Shown: positions 22,543-31,163 of the stretch, piece by piece
How the letters are laid out: each line of letters begins with the position of its first letter
Numbering within the stretch: the stretch's first letter is position 1
NCBI GenBank assembly: GCA_035645115.1
Contig: DASQNF010000017.1
Coordinates: 1-36,132, forward strand
DNA: 36,132 nt
Reading direction: 5' to 3'
Origin: Thermoleophilaceae bacterium
Lineage (GTDB): Bacteria > Actinomycetota > Thermoleophilia > Solirubrobacterales > Thermoleophilaceae
Notes under the pieces: generated by a model
Told to the model about the DNA's origin: nothing
Databases searched by the model: none
The model's input: only the letters and a program-made list of their open reading frames with translations
Program-made: the position numbers and the translations under genes

Positions 22543-23427
22543 CTAGGCAAGCGCCCGGCCCTCTACGAGCTCGAGCAGGATGCCCTCGCGCAGCCCGCCG
22601 CGGGCAATCTGCAGCGGGAGCCTCAGCAGGTCGGAGATCGCCTCGAGGACGAGGATGCCCGCGGGCAGGAGCCGGACGCGTTCCTCGTCGAGCTCGAAGC
22701 GCGCCGCGATCTCCGCGATCGGCGTGGACGACAGCTCCCGGATGCCGCGCTCGAGCGTCTCGTGGGCGAGCTCCCCGCCCAGCAGCCGGCGCAGGGAAGT
22801 GGCGGTGCCGCCCACCGCCACGGCGCTCGAGGCGGACGGCGGCTCGAGGCCCTCGAGCGTCCCGTCCACGTGCCGGCGCACCCTCTCAAGCTCCTCCACC
22901 GACGGGGGGTCGGAGCGCAGGTAGCTGTCGGCCAGGAATCCCGAGCCGATCCGAAGCGACTCGGACCAGGTCATCGCCCCGGTGGGGTGGCCGATCGCGA
23001 TCTCGCTCGAGCCGCCGCCCACGTCGACCACCGCGATCGTCCCGTTGATCGGCTGCAGGAGGGTCCGCGTGGCGCCGACGAACGAGAGCCGCGCCTCTTC
23101 CTCGCCGGTGAGCACGATGAGCTTCACGCCGCCGGCGCTCCGAACCGCGCTCACCAGCTCGTCTCGGTTGGGGGCGTCACGGATAGCGGCGGTGGCCACG
23201 GCCACGGTTTGCTTCGCTCCGAGCTCGAGTGCCACGGCCGCCTGAGTGCGCACCACCTCCGCGGTCTCGGCGATCTTGAGCGCCGGGATCCTCCCCCCGT
23301 GGCCGAGGCTGCGACCGATGCGGGTGAACGCGCGCTGCGTCACGAGCTCGCGCAGCCGGCCGGCGCCCGCGTCCGCCACCAGCAGGCGCGTGGTGTTGCT
23401 GCCGATGTCGATGCAGGCGCAGATCAA
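22543..23427 (-). CDS. ppx: Ppx/GppA family exopolyphosphatase
   Basis: ICACIDIGSNTTRLLVA...LTGEEEARLSFVGA...VVDVGGGSSEIAIG. The TTG start at 23427 overlaps the phoU stop (TTGA, 23424-23427). The longer track ORF would overlap phoU by about 150 nt. Confidence 0.85.
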   Translation of the reverse strand: MICACIDIGSNTTRLLVADAGAGRLRELVTQRAFTRIGRSLGHGGRIPALKIAETAEVVRTQAAVALELGAKQTVAVATAAIRDAPNRDELVSAVRSAGGVKLIVLTGEEEARLSFVGATRTLLQPINGTIAVVDVGGGSSEIAIGHPTGAMTWSESLRIGSGFLADSYLRSDPPSVEELERVRRHVDGTLEGLEPPSASSAVAVGGTATSLRRLLGGELAHETLERGIRELSSTPIAEIAARFELDEERVRLLPAGILVLEAISDLLRLPLQIARGGLREGILLELVEGRALA

Positions 23428-24128
23428 GCGGGGGAGCGCGGAGCCAGCTCGGGGTGCGAGGCGTCCTCGAACTCCCTGAACAGCCCGGTAACGACGAACG
23501 CGGTCTGCTCGCCGATGTCCACCGCATTGTCGCCTATCCGCTCCACGCAGCGAGCCGCGAGCATCATGTGCATCGCCCACTCGCGGCGGTCGGCGTCGTC
23601 CCCGATCTCGAGCGCGATCGCGAAGGTCTCACGGTTGAGCCGGTCGACCTCGTCGTCCTGCCGCACCAGGTCCTGCGCGAGCCCCACGTCGCGTCGCTCG
23701 AAAGCCTGCTTTGCCTGGACGACCTGGCGGCGGGCCTGCTCGCCCATCCGCTGGAGGTTGGCGAGGATGCGCTCGTCGGCCGGCGCATCGTGGCCGCCCA
23801 GCGGCACGAGCTTGGCGATGTTCACGCACTGGTCGCCCATGCGCTCGATGTTCTTGATCACGTGGAGCACCGCGGCCACGAGCCGGAGGTCGCCCGCCAC
23901 CGGCGCCTGCAGGGCGAGCAGCGACAGCACGCCCTGGTGCACCTCGAGGTAGCGCCCGTCGATCAGGTCGTCGTCCGAGATCACCATCGTGGCGAGCTCC
24001 ACGTCCTGGTGCTGAACGGTCTCGAGCGCACGGTCGAGCGCCGTGACCACCATGTCGAGCCCGCCGAGCGCCTGGCGCTCGAGCCCGGCCAGCGCCTCCT
24101 GGAAATGCGAGCGGCTCGTCTCAGACAC
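23424..24128 (-). CDS. phoU: Phosphate signalling complex protein PhoU
   Basis: 234 aa with two PhoU repeats (DDLIDGRYLEV...LRLVAAVLHVIKNIERMGDQCVNIA and DDEVDRLNRE...LAARCVERIGDNAVDIGE). Confidence 0.9.
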   Translation of the reverse strand: MSETSRSHFQEALAGLERQALGGLDMVVTALDRALETVQHQDVELATMVISDDDLIDGRYLEVHQGVLSLLALQAPVAGDLRLVAAVLHVIKNIERMGDQCVNIAKLVPLGGHDAPADERILANLQRMGEQARRQVVQAKQAFERRDVGLAQDLVRQDDEVDRLNRETFAIALEIGDDADRREWAMHMMLAARCVERIGDNAVDIGEQTAFVVTGLFREFEDASHPELAPRSPA

Positions 24129-24134
24129 GTCCGC

Positions 24135-25028
24135 CTAGCCCACCTTCCCGGTCACGTAGGCCTCGGTGCGCGGGTCTGCGGGGTTCGTGAAGATCCTCTC
24201 GGTGTCATCGAACTCGACGAGGTTGCCGACCCGGTCCTCGCTGACGGTGAAGAACGCCGTCTTGTCGGAGACGCGCGCCGCCTGCTGCATGTTGTGGGTC
24301 ACGATCACGATGGAGTACTCGTTCTTGAGGTCGAGCATGAGGTCCTCGATCTTGGCGGTCGAGATCGGGTCGAGCGCCGAGCAGGGCTCGTCCATCAGGA
24401 TCACGTCGGGCTCGACCGCCAGGCAGCGGGCGATGCAGAGGCGCTGCTGCTGGCCGCCCGAGATGCCGAAGGCGTTCATCTTGAGGCGATCCTTGACCTC
24501 GTCCCAGAGCGCGGCGTCCCTCAGCGCCCGCTCCACGATCTCGTCCATCGAGCCATCCATGCCGAGCACGCGCGGCCCGAAGGCGATGTTGTCGTAGATC
24601 GACTTGGGGAACGGGTTCGGCTTCTGGAAGACCATCCCGATCCGCTTGCGCACCTCCACCGGGTCGACCCCCGAGCCGTAGAGGTCCTGACCGTGGTAGA
24701 GGATGCTGCCCTCGACGCGCGCGCTCGGGATCAGGTCGTTCATGCGGTTGAGGCAGCGGATCAGCGTGGACTTGCCGCAGCCGGAAGGCCCGATCAGCGC
24801 CGTGATCTCCCGGCGTGCGATCTCGAAGCCGATGTCGCGGACGGCCGGCTTGTCGCCGTAGCGCACGAGCACGTCCTCGAGCCGGAAGATCATCTGACGC
24901 TCGGGCTGGGCGGCGGCGGGCGCGGCGGCGGCGCCGCTCGCTCCGCGCGCCCGGACCCCGATCGGCTTGGCGAGGCCGCGCTGCTCCTGCCGCTGCCTGT
25001 CCTCTGGCTCGGTCACGTGCTCGGGCAC
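24135..25028 (-). CDS. pstB: Phosphate ABC transporter ATP-binding protein PstB
   Basis: [58 protein letters not shown]. The start is uncertain: GTG 25028 gives a ~45-aa extension, and ATG 24893 is the alternative. Confidence 0.9.
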   Translation of the reverse strand: MPEHVTEPEDRQRQEQRGLAKPIGVRARGASGAAAAPAAAQPERQMIFRLEDVLVRYGDKPAVRDIGFEIARREITALIGPSGCGKSTLIRCLNRMNDLIPSARVEGSILYHGQDLYGSGVDPVEVRKRIGMVFQKPNPFPKSIYDNIAFGPRVLGMDGSMDEIVERALRDAALWDEVKDRLKMNAFGISGGQQQRLCIARCLAVEPDVILMDEPCSALDPISTAKIEDLMLDLKNEYSIVIVTHNMQQAARVSDKTAFFTVSEDRVGNLVEFDDTERIFTNPADPRTEAYVTGKVG

Positions 25029-25038
25029 CCTAGATCAC

Positions 25039-25959
25039 CTACCACTTCTGCTCGTATCGGTTGCGCAGCCAGATCGCGACGCTGTTCATGGCGAGCAGCA
25101 GGATCATCAGCAGCAGGATCCCCGCAGCCGCGAGCGGCACGTAGTCGTTGACGTCGTTGGAGGCGCGGCTGATCCAGTCGAAGATCTGGATCGGCATCGC
25201 GGTGAAGGCGGAGTCGAGGCCGTCGGGGTTGAACGCGATCACGGTGGCCGCGCCGACCACGATCAGCGGGGCGGTCTCCCCGATCGCGCGCGACAGCGCC
25301 AGGATCACCCCGGTGGCGATGCCGGGGATCGAGGCCGGCAGCACCTGGCGCCAGATCGTCTGCCACTGGGTGGCGCCGAGCGCCATGGAGCCCTCCCGGA
25401 TCGAAGGCGGCACTGCTCGGATCGCCTCGCGGCCGGCGATGATCACCACGGGGAGCACCAGAAGCCCCAGCGTGAGCCCGCCCGCCATCACGGTCGGCTG
25501 CCCGCTGCCGAGCGGGCCGAGATCGACCGGCCCGCGGACCAGAAAGGCAAGGCCCAGGATGCCGTAGACGATCGAGGGCACCGCGGCCAGGTTCTGGATG
25601 TTCAGCTCGATCATGCGGTTGTACCAGCGCCGCTCGTCCGCGTACTCCTCGAGGTAGATCGCGGTGGCCACCCCCACCGGCACCACGAACACGGCGCAGA
25701 CCCCCATCAGCCAGATCGTCCCCCACAGGGCCGCCTGGATGCCGGCGTTCTCGGCGCTGATCGAGCCGAAGCTCGTGATGAAGTCCCAGGTCAGGTTGCC
25801 GGCGCCATCGGCCACGATGTCCACGAGCAGGGCGCCGAGCAGCAGCACGGACACGCCGATGCACACGAGCAGCCCGGCCTGGAAGGCGGCGTCCTTGGCG
25901 CGTCGGGCGCCGGTGCGCCTGCCGATCGGCCGGCCGAGCGCGCCGGCGTGGGCCTTCAC
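25039..25959 (-). CDS. pstA: Phosphate ABC transporter permease PstA
   Basis: 306 aa, 6 TM, with EAA-type loop SIREGSMALGATQWQTIWRQVLP. The GTG start overlaps the pstC stop (GTGA). Confidence 0.9.
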   Translation of the reverse strand: MKAHAGALGRPIGRRTGARRAKDAAFQAGLLVCIGVSVLLLGALLVDIVADGAGNLTWDFITSFGSISAENAGIQAALWGTIWLMGVCAVFVVPVGVATAIYLEEYADERRWYNRMIELNIQNLAAVPSIVYGILGLAFLVRGPVDLGPLGSGQPTVMAGGLTLGLLVLPVVIIAGREAIRAVPPSIREGSMALGATQWQTIWRQVLPASIPGIATGVILALSRAIGETAPLIVVGAATVIAFNPDGLDSAFTAMPIQIFDWISRASNDVNDYVPLAAAGILLLMILLLAMNSVAIWLRNRYEQKW

Positions 25960-26798
25960 TCGTACACCTGCCTGTACCTGCGCACGAAGCGGATCGAGAT
26001 CAGGTTCATGACGAGCGTGATCACGAACAGCGTGGTTCCGACCGCGAAGATGGTCTTGTAGGCGGTGGAGCCGGTGGCCACGTCACCCTTCGCGGTGGCC
26101 CCGATGAAGGCGGTCATCGTCGCGGCGGGCTCGCGCGGGTCGGCGCCCCAGTACGGCTGCAGGCCGGCGGCGATCAGCACCACCATCGTCTCCCCGACGG
26201 CGCGCGAGACCCCGAGCACGATCGAGGCGACGATCCCTGACAGGGCCGCCGGGAAGACCACGCGCAGGGTCACCTGGAGCTTGGAGGCGCCGAGCCCGAA
26301 CGCGCCCTCCCGCAGCGATGCGGGGACGGCGGTCATCGCGTCCTCGGAGATCGAGGCCACCGTGGGCACGATCAGGAAGCCGACGATGATGCCGGCGGAG
26401 AGAGCGTTGAAGATCCCCACCTCGACCCCGATGCCGCGCAGGATCTCCGGGGTGAAGAAGGTCAGGGCGAAGTAGCCGAACACGACGGTCGGCACCCCGG
26501 CGAGCAGCTCGAGCACCGGCTTGATCGTCTTGCGGACTCGGGCCCCGGCGTACTCGCTGAGGTAGATCGCCGCCGCCAGCCCGAGTGGGATCGCCACCAG
26601 CATCGCGATGCCCGTGACGAGGAAGGTGCCCGCGACCAACGGCAGCACGCCGAAGCTGGCGGGCTCGAAGAGCGGAGTCCACTTCGTGCCGAGCAGATAC
26701 TCGCCCACGCCCACCTCGCCGAAGAACTCGATCGTCTCGCCCACGAGCGAGAGCACGATCCCCGTGGTGGTGAGCACGGAGACGAGCGCGGCGATCAC
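25956..26798 (-). CDS. pstC: Phosphate ABC transporter permease PstC (the first canonical start is at 26798; homology suggests the true start is upstream, possibly CTG at 26906)
   Basis: SLREGAFGLGASKLQVTLRVVFP loop, 6 TM. In-frame upstream codons encode ...RRRHGEDLVKALL, a typical PstC cytoplasmic N-terminus, with no ATG, GTG or TTG. Confidence 0.85.
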   Translation of the reverse strand: MIAALVSVLTTTGIVLSLVGETIEFFGEVGVGEYLLGTKWTPLFEPASFGVLPLVAGTFLVTGIAMLVAIPLGLAAAIYLSEYAGARVRKTIKPVLELLAGVPTVVFGYFALTFFTPEILRGIGVEVGIFNALSAGIIVGFLIVPTVASISEDAMTAVPASLREGAFGLGASKLQVTLRVVFPAALSGIVASIVLGVSRAVGETMVVLIAAGLQPYWGADPREPAATMTAFIGATAKGDVATGSTAYKTIFAVGTTLFVITLVMNLISIRFVRRYRQVYE

Positions 26799-26902
26799 GA
26801 GCAGCGCCTTGACCAGGTCCTCTCCGTGACGGCGGCGAGCCGCGCCGAGGCGGGGTACCTCGGCGCGGCCCTTGCCGACGGCTGTCGCGCCCGCTTCCAG
26901 GA

Positions 26903-27844
26903 TCAGCTTCCCAGGGCCGACTTCGACTCGTCGGCCTGCGCCTGGTTCATCGGGACGATCTGCGCCGCCTCGGCGATCACCTGGTAGTTCTCGAGCACGA
27001 AGTCCATGAAGGCCTTCACCTCGGGCTTCTTCAGGGCCTTGGCGCTCGGGTACATCAAGAGCGGCCGGCTGAGCGGCTTGTACTCGCCGCTCTGGATCGT
27101 CGCGGCGCTCGGCCTCACGCAGCCCTCGCCGGCGTCCACGCCCACCAGGTTCAGCTTGTCCTGGCTCTGCTCGTAGTAGGAGAAGCCGAAGTAACCGAGA
27201 CCGCCGGCCTCGCCGGACACGCCCTGCACGAGCACGTTGTCGTCCTCCGAGGGCTGGTAGTCCTCGCGCGAGACGCCTTCCTCACCGTTGATCTCGTCGG
27301 TGAAGAAGTCGAACGTGCCGGAGTCGGTGCCCGGCCCGAACAGGCTGAGCTGGACGTCGGGCAGCTCAGGACCGACATCGCTGAGGCTCTTCACCCTGGA
27401 GCCCTGGTTCCAGATCTCGTCGAGCTGGTCGACGGTCAGGCAGTCGACCTTCAGCTCCGGGTTGGTCACAACGGCGATGCCGTCGTTGGCGACCTGCACC
27501 TCCTTGTAGGCGACCCCGTTCTTCTCGCAGACCGGGACCTCCTCATCGTCCTTGATCGGCCGCGAGGCGTTCGAGATGTCGGTCTCACCGGCGCAGAACT
27601 TCTCGAACCCGCCGCCGGTGCCGGAGGTGCCCACGGTGATCTTCACGTTGGGGTTCTGGCCCTGGAACTCTTCCTGGGCGGCCTGCGCGAACGGCGCCAC
27701 CGTGCTGGAGCCGTCGATTCGGATCGTGCCCGACAGCTCGCCGCCGCCCCCGGCGCCGCCGCCGCCGGTGTCGGCATCGTTGCCACAGGCCGCCACGGCG
27801 GTGGCGAGGACTGCGCATGCTGCGAGCGCGAGCAGCTTCCTCAT
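26903..27844 (-). CDS. pstS: Phosphate-binding lipoprotein PstS
   Basis: [23 protein letters not shown] (lipobox VAAC), then [16 protein letters not shown]...[32 protein letters not shown] lies upstream of ATG 27844. The rest of the 480-aa track ORF is an Arg/Pro-rich non-coding extension. Confidence 0.9.
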   Translation of the reverse strand: MRKLLALAACAVLATAVAACGNDADTGGGGAGGGGELSGTIRIDGSSTVAPFAQAAQEEFQGQNPNVKITVGTSGTGGGFEKFCAGETDISNASRPIKDDEEVPVCEKNGVAYKEVQVANDGIAVVTNPELKVDCLTVDQLDEIWNQGSRVKSLSDVGPELPDVQLSLFGPGTDSGTFDFFTDEINGEEGVSREDYQPSEDDNVLVQGVSGEAGGLGYFGFSYYEQSQDKLNLVGVDAGEGCVRPSAATIQSGEYKPLSRPLLMYPSAKALKKPEVKAFMDFVLENYQVIAEAAQIVPMNQAQADESKSALGS

Positions 27845-27928
27845 TCGCGTCTTCTCCTTGAGCTGGGTCATCGGTAGCAGCACGCTCGCACGGGCCGGGA
27901 GGCAGTTTGTTACCCGCCTGTCGTCGCG

Positions 27929-27995
27929 TTGTGAAGAACGTGTGAATGGCGGCGCTCGGTCAGCCGCAGGAGACGGCTGTGAAGATCCGGTGAAT
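27929..27995. promoter_or_regulatory. Two PHO-box-like elements, each an 8-3-8 direct repeat of (C/T)(C/T/G)(T/G)GTGAA
   Basis: tTGTGAAgaacgTGTGAAtg (TGTGAA at 27930-27935 and 27941-27946). cTGTGAAgatccgGTGAAtg (27978-27983 and 27989-27994). Each pair has an 11-nt period. They lie between divergent pstS (start 27844) and the response regulator (start 28038). Confidence 0.6.
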
Positions 27996-28037
27996 GCCCC
28001 GCCCGCCGCACCCGGCCTGCGCGTAGACTGGCGCCAT

Positions 28038-28853
28038 ATGCCGGAACTGCGTCTCGCGATCCTCGACACCGACTCGGGGTTCGTCCGCGTGCTCGTGAAG
28101 CGCGCCGGCGATCTCGGTTGGCAGCTCCGCCGGCTGGAGGCTGCCCCGCGTGCCGACGAGTTCGTGGCCATGCGCCTGAACGCCTTGGTGGTGGACCTCG
28201 AGCTGCTTGGCCCCGGCGCGTGGGACTTCCTCGAGCGGGTGGCGGGTGCGCTGCCCGGCCTCGGGATCGTCGTGTGCACGAGCCGCTCGAGCGTGTCCCA
28301 GCGGGTGCGCGGCCTGCGCCTCGGGGCGGACGACTGGGTCACCAAGCCCTGTCACCCGGAAGAGGTGCTCGCTCGCGTGGAGGCCGTGGTGCGGCGCCGC
28401 AAGCGAGCGTCCGCGCGGCCCGAGCGGGGGCCGCTCGTGGCTGGCGAGCTCGAGATCCGGACGGACCAGTTCCAGGGGTTCGTGGGCGGTTCGAGCGTCG
28501 ATCTCACCCGCCGCGAGTTCGAGGTGCTGGAGCTGCTCGCGCAGGCCGAGGGCAAGGTGCTCCAGCGAGAGGAGATCTACCAGGCGGTCTGGGGCTACGC
28601 GATGGCCCACGGCGACCGCTCGGTGGACGTGTTCATCCGCAAGCTGCGCCAGAAGCTCGAGCAGGCCTCCCCGGACTGGGGCTACATCCACACGCATTTC
28701 GGTGTGGGCTACCGCTTCAGCCCCGAGCGCCGCGACGGCGCCCCGGACGTCGATCCGCTCGCCCTCGCCGGGGACCTCGACCTGGCGCCGGTCCAGCCTG
28801 TCGAGGTCCCGGGGGGTCCGTTCGAGGACGCCCCCGCAGCGCCGGTTCTCTGA
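28038..28853 (+). CDS. OmpR/PhoB-family response regulator (orphan; no kinase gene adjacent)
   Basis: Receiver LAILDTDSG...[10 protein letters not shown]...VVCTSRSS...GADDWVTKP. Winged helix [34 protein letters not shown]...[15 protein letters not shown]...[11 protein letters not shown]. It has a ~45-aa acidic/Pro-rich tail. TAGACT (28024-28029) lies 8 nt before the ATG. Confidence 0.9.
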   Translation: MPELRLAILDTDSGFVRVLVKRAGDLGWQLRRLEAAPRADEFVAMRLNALVVDLELLGPGAWDFLERVAGALPGLGIVVCTSRSSVSQRVRGLRLGADDWVTKPCHPEEVLARVEAVVRRRKRASARPERGPLVAGELEIRTDQFQGFVGGSSVDLTRREFEVLELLAQAEGKVLQREEIYQAVWGYAMAHGDRSVDVFIRKLRQKLEQASPDWGYIHTHFGVGYRFSPERRDGAPDVDPLALAGDLDLAPVQPVEVPGGPFEDAPAAPVL

Positions 28854-28892
28854 GCGGGCGCCACGCCCGGCGTTGCCATCTTCCCCGCCGCG

Positions 28893-29387
28893 ATGTCCAG
28901 GAATCAGCGCATCGGGCTGGTCGTCGCGGCGCTGGCGCTCGCCGTGATCGGGTTCGCGGTTGCGAGCCCCGGTGGTGGGGACGAGCGCGAGCGGGCCGCG
29001 CAGACCGGCCCTGACGAGGCCCCCCCGGCGAACGGCGACGACGGTGCCGGCGGGACGGACACGCGAGCGGACAGCGAGCGCGAGTCGCCGGCCACAGCGC
29101 CCGAGCCGACGGTCGCGCGCATCCGGATCCGCGCGGGCTCGGTGGCCGGCGGCGCACGGGACATCGAGGTGAGCAGCGGCGAGCGGGTGCGCATCCTGGT
29201 GACCTCCGACGCGCCGGACGAGCTCCACCTGCACGGCTACGACATCACAAGGCAGGCCGCACCCGGCCGGCCCGCACGCTTCCGCCTGGAGGCGAAGCTC
29301 GAGGGGGCATTCGAGCTCGAGAGCCACGCGGCCGAGGACGCCGGCAGGGATCCGCTCGTGGCCCGCCTGGTCGTCGAGCCTTCGTGA
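28893..29387 (+). CDS. Membrane-anchored cupredoxin-like / EfeO-like small domain protein (tentative)
   Basis: N-terminal TM (IGLVVAALALAVIGFAV), a low-complexity linker, then a beta-rich ~85-aa domain with His motifs VRILVTSDAPDELHLHGYD ... FELESH. Confidence 0.5.
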   Translation: MSRNQRIGLVVAALALAVIGFAVASPGGGDERERAAQTGPDEAPPANGDDGAGGTDTRADSERESPATAPEPTVARIRIRAGSVAGGARDIEVSSGERVRILVTSDAPDELHLHGYDITRQAAPGRPARFRLEAKLEGAFELESHAAEDAGRDPLVARLVVEPS

Positions 29388-30754
29388 TCCGCCTCGCGCA
29401 CGGGCTGGTGGCCCGCGCCGACCTGCCGATCCCGGAGTGGCTGTTCGCGTGGGCCGCCGGGATGGTGCTGGTGGTGTCCTTCGTGGCGCTGGCGGTGCTG
29501 TGGCCGCAGCCGCGGCTCCAGCAGCGAGATTGGCGGCCGCTGCCCGGCGGGATCGGCCGGGCGCTCGCGAGCCGGCCGGTGGAGGTCCTCTGCGGCGCGA
29601 TCGGGGTGTTCCTGCTGGCGCTCACGGTCTACGCGGGGCTGCGCGGTGAGCAGAGCCCGACCGCGAACTTCGCGCCGATCTTCATCTACGTGATCTTCTG
29701 GCTCGCGCTCGTCCCGGCGAGCGTGCTGTTCGGGGATGTGTTCAAGGCGTTCAACCCGTGGCGGGCGATCGGCCGCGCGGTGGCGGGCGTGGCGCGCCTC
29801 GGCGCACGCGGCGAGCTGCCGGCGCCGCTCCCCTACCCAGAGTGGCTCGGCCGCTGGCCCGCCGCGGCGGGGATCTTCGCCTTCGCGGCGCTCGAGCTGG
29901 TGGCCTCGAACGGCGACAAGCCCGAGAACCTCGCGATCGCCACGCTCGTCTACTCGGCGGTCACGTTCATCGCGATGGCGCTTTACGGCGTGGACAGGTG
30001 GATCGAGCGCGGGGAGGCGTTCTCGGTCTACTTCAACCTCTTCTCGCGGCTGTCGGCGATTGAGACGCGCGACGGCGAAGTGGGCCTGCGCCGGCCGCTC
30101 TCGGGCCTGCCGGCGTTGAGCGAGCTGCCGGGGACGGTTGCCCTGCTGGCCGTGATGATCGGCTCGACCTCATTCGACGGAGCCTCCGAGAAGGCGCCCT
30201 GGACCTCGATCTCCCCGGACCTCGCGAGCTCGTTCCAGGACGTGGGCCTCGCCCCCCAGAGCGCGCTCGAGCTCGCCTTTCTCATTGGGTTGGTCGGCTC
30301 GATCCTGATCGTCGCGGGCTTCTACCGGCTCGGCGTGCTCGGCGCACGCAGCGTCGGCGGCGACCTCAGCGCCCGGCGGCTCTCGAACACGTTCGTACAC
30401 ACGCTCGTCCCGATCGCGCTCGCCTACGTGGCCGCCCACTACCTCACTCTGCTGCTCTTCCAGGGCCAGGCGCTCGGCTATCTCGCCTCCGACCCGCTCG
30501 GCAAGGGCTCCGACCTGTTCGGAACCGCCGGCTGGCAGATCGACTACGGGGTGATCGGCGCCAACGCCACCTGGTACTGGCAGGTCGGCTTCGTGATCGC
30601 CGGGCACGTGGCCGCCCTGGTGCTGGCGCACGACCGCGCGCTCGCCCTGTACGACCGGGCGAAGCTCGCGGTGCGCTCCCAGTACTGGATGCTGGCGGTG
30701 ATGGTGGGCTTCACGGGCCTCGCGCTCTGGCTGCTGTCGCGCTCCAGCACGTGA
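29384..30754 (+). CDS. Conserved polytopic membrane protein (more than 10 TM), function unknown
   Basis: 456 aa starting MIRLAHGLVARADLPIPEWLFAWAAGMVLVVSFVAL. The GTG start overlaps the upstream stop (GTGA, 29384-29387). Confidence 0.7.
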   Translation: MIRLAHGLVARADLPIPEWLFAWAAGMVLVVSFVALAVLWPQPRLQQRDWRPLPGGIGRALASRPVEVLCGAIGVFLLALTVYAGLRGEQSPTANFAPIFIYVIFWLALVPASVLFGDVFKAFNPWRAIGRAVAGVARLGARGELPAPLPYPEWLGRWPAAAGIFAFAALELVASNGDKPENLAIATLVYSAVTFIAMALYGVDRWIERGEAFSVYFNLFSRLSAIETRDGEVGLRRPLSGLPALSELPGTVALLAVMIGSTSFDGASEKAPWTSISPDLASSFQDVGLAPQSALELAFLIGLVGSILIVAGFYRLGVLGARSVGGDLSARRLSNTFVHTLVPIALAYVAAHYLTLLLFQGQALGYLASDPLGKGSDLFGTAGWQIDYGVIGANATWYWQVGFVIAGHVAALVLAHDRALALYDRAKLAVRSQYWMLAVMVGFTGLALWLLSRSST

Positions 30755-30766
30755 GGCCGGCTCCGG

Positions 30767-31147
30767 CTAGCCCGTATTCATCACCGCCAGGATGTTGCCG
30801 GCGGGGTCCTTGAACCAGGCGATCTCGGGGCCCGGGCCATGGGCGATGCCCTTGTCGTCCTGCTCGAAGCCGTCGTAGCGCTCGAAGCTCACGCCGCGCG
30901 CCGCGAGATCGTCCACGGCCTTCTCGACGTCGCCCACCTCGAAGTTCAGGATCGTGTAGGTGGCAGGGGTGAAGTCCGGCTTCTCGTAGACGAACGTGTC
31001 CCGGTCGCCGGCGAGGTGGAGCACGATCAGGCCGTGCTGCTCGTCCATCTCGGTGAGCTTCAGGCCGAGCGTCTCGCCATAGAACTCCTTGGCCTTGGCG
31101 CTGTCATCGACTGCGAAGCCGCTGAATGCCTTCGTGTTCGCGAACAT
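30767..31147 (-). CDS. VOC / glyoxalase-bleomycin-resistance family protein
   Basis: 126 aa. FAVDDSAKAKEFYGETLGLKL...ILNFEVGDVEKAVDDLAARGV...WFKDPAGNILAV. AGGAG lies 5 nt before the ATG, 16 nt after the MFS stop. Confidence 0.8.
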   Translation of the reverse strand: MFANTKAFSGFAVDDSAKAKEFYGETLGLKLTEMDEQHGLIVLHLAGDRDTFVYEKPDFTPATYTILNFEVGDVEKAVDDLAARGVSFERYDGFEQDDKGIAHGPGPEIAWFKDPAGNILAVMNTG

Positions 31148-31163
31148 CTGGTCTCCTGTTCTC

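Noticed and set aside
23428-23580. The long form of ppx (track 22543..23580), and likewise the long N-terminal extensions of pstS (to 28345), the alpha/beta hydrolase (to 17249), DUF4126 (from 15395) and the saccharopine-dehydrogenase-like gene (from 17166).
   Set aside because: The extensions overlap neighbouring well-supported genes, are Arg/Pro-rich and lack homology. Internal starts give canonical N-termini (a lipoprotein signal for pstS, IDIGSNT for ppx, and so on).
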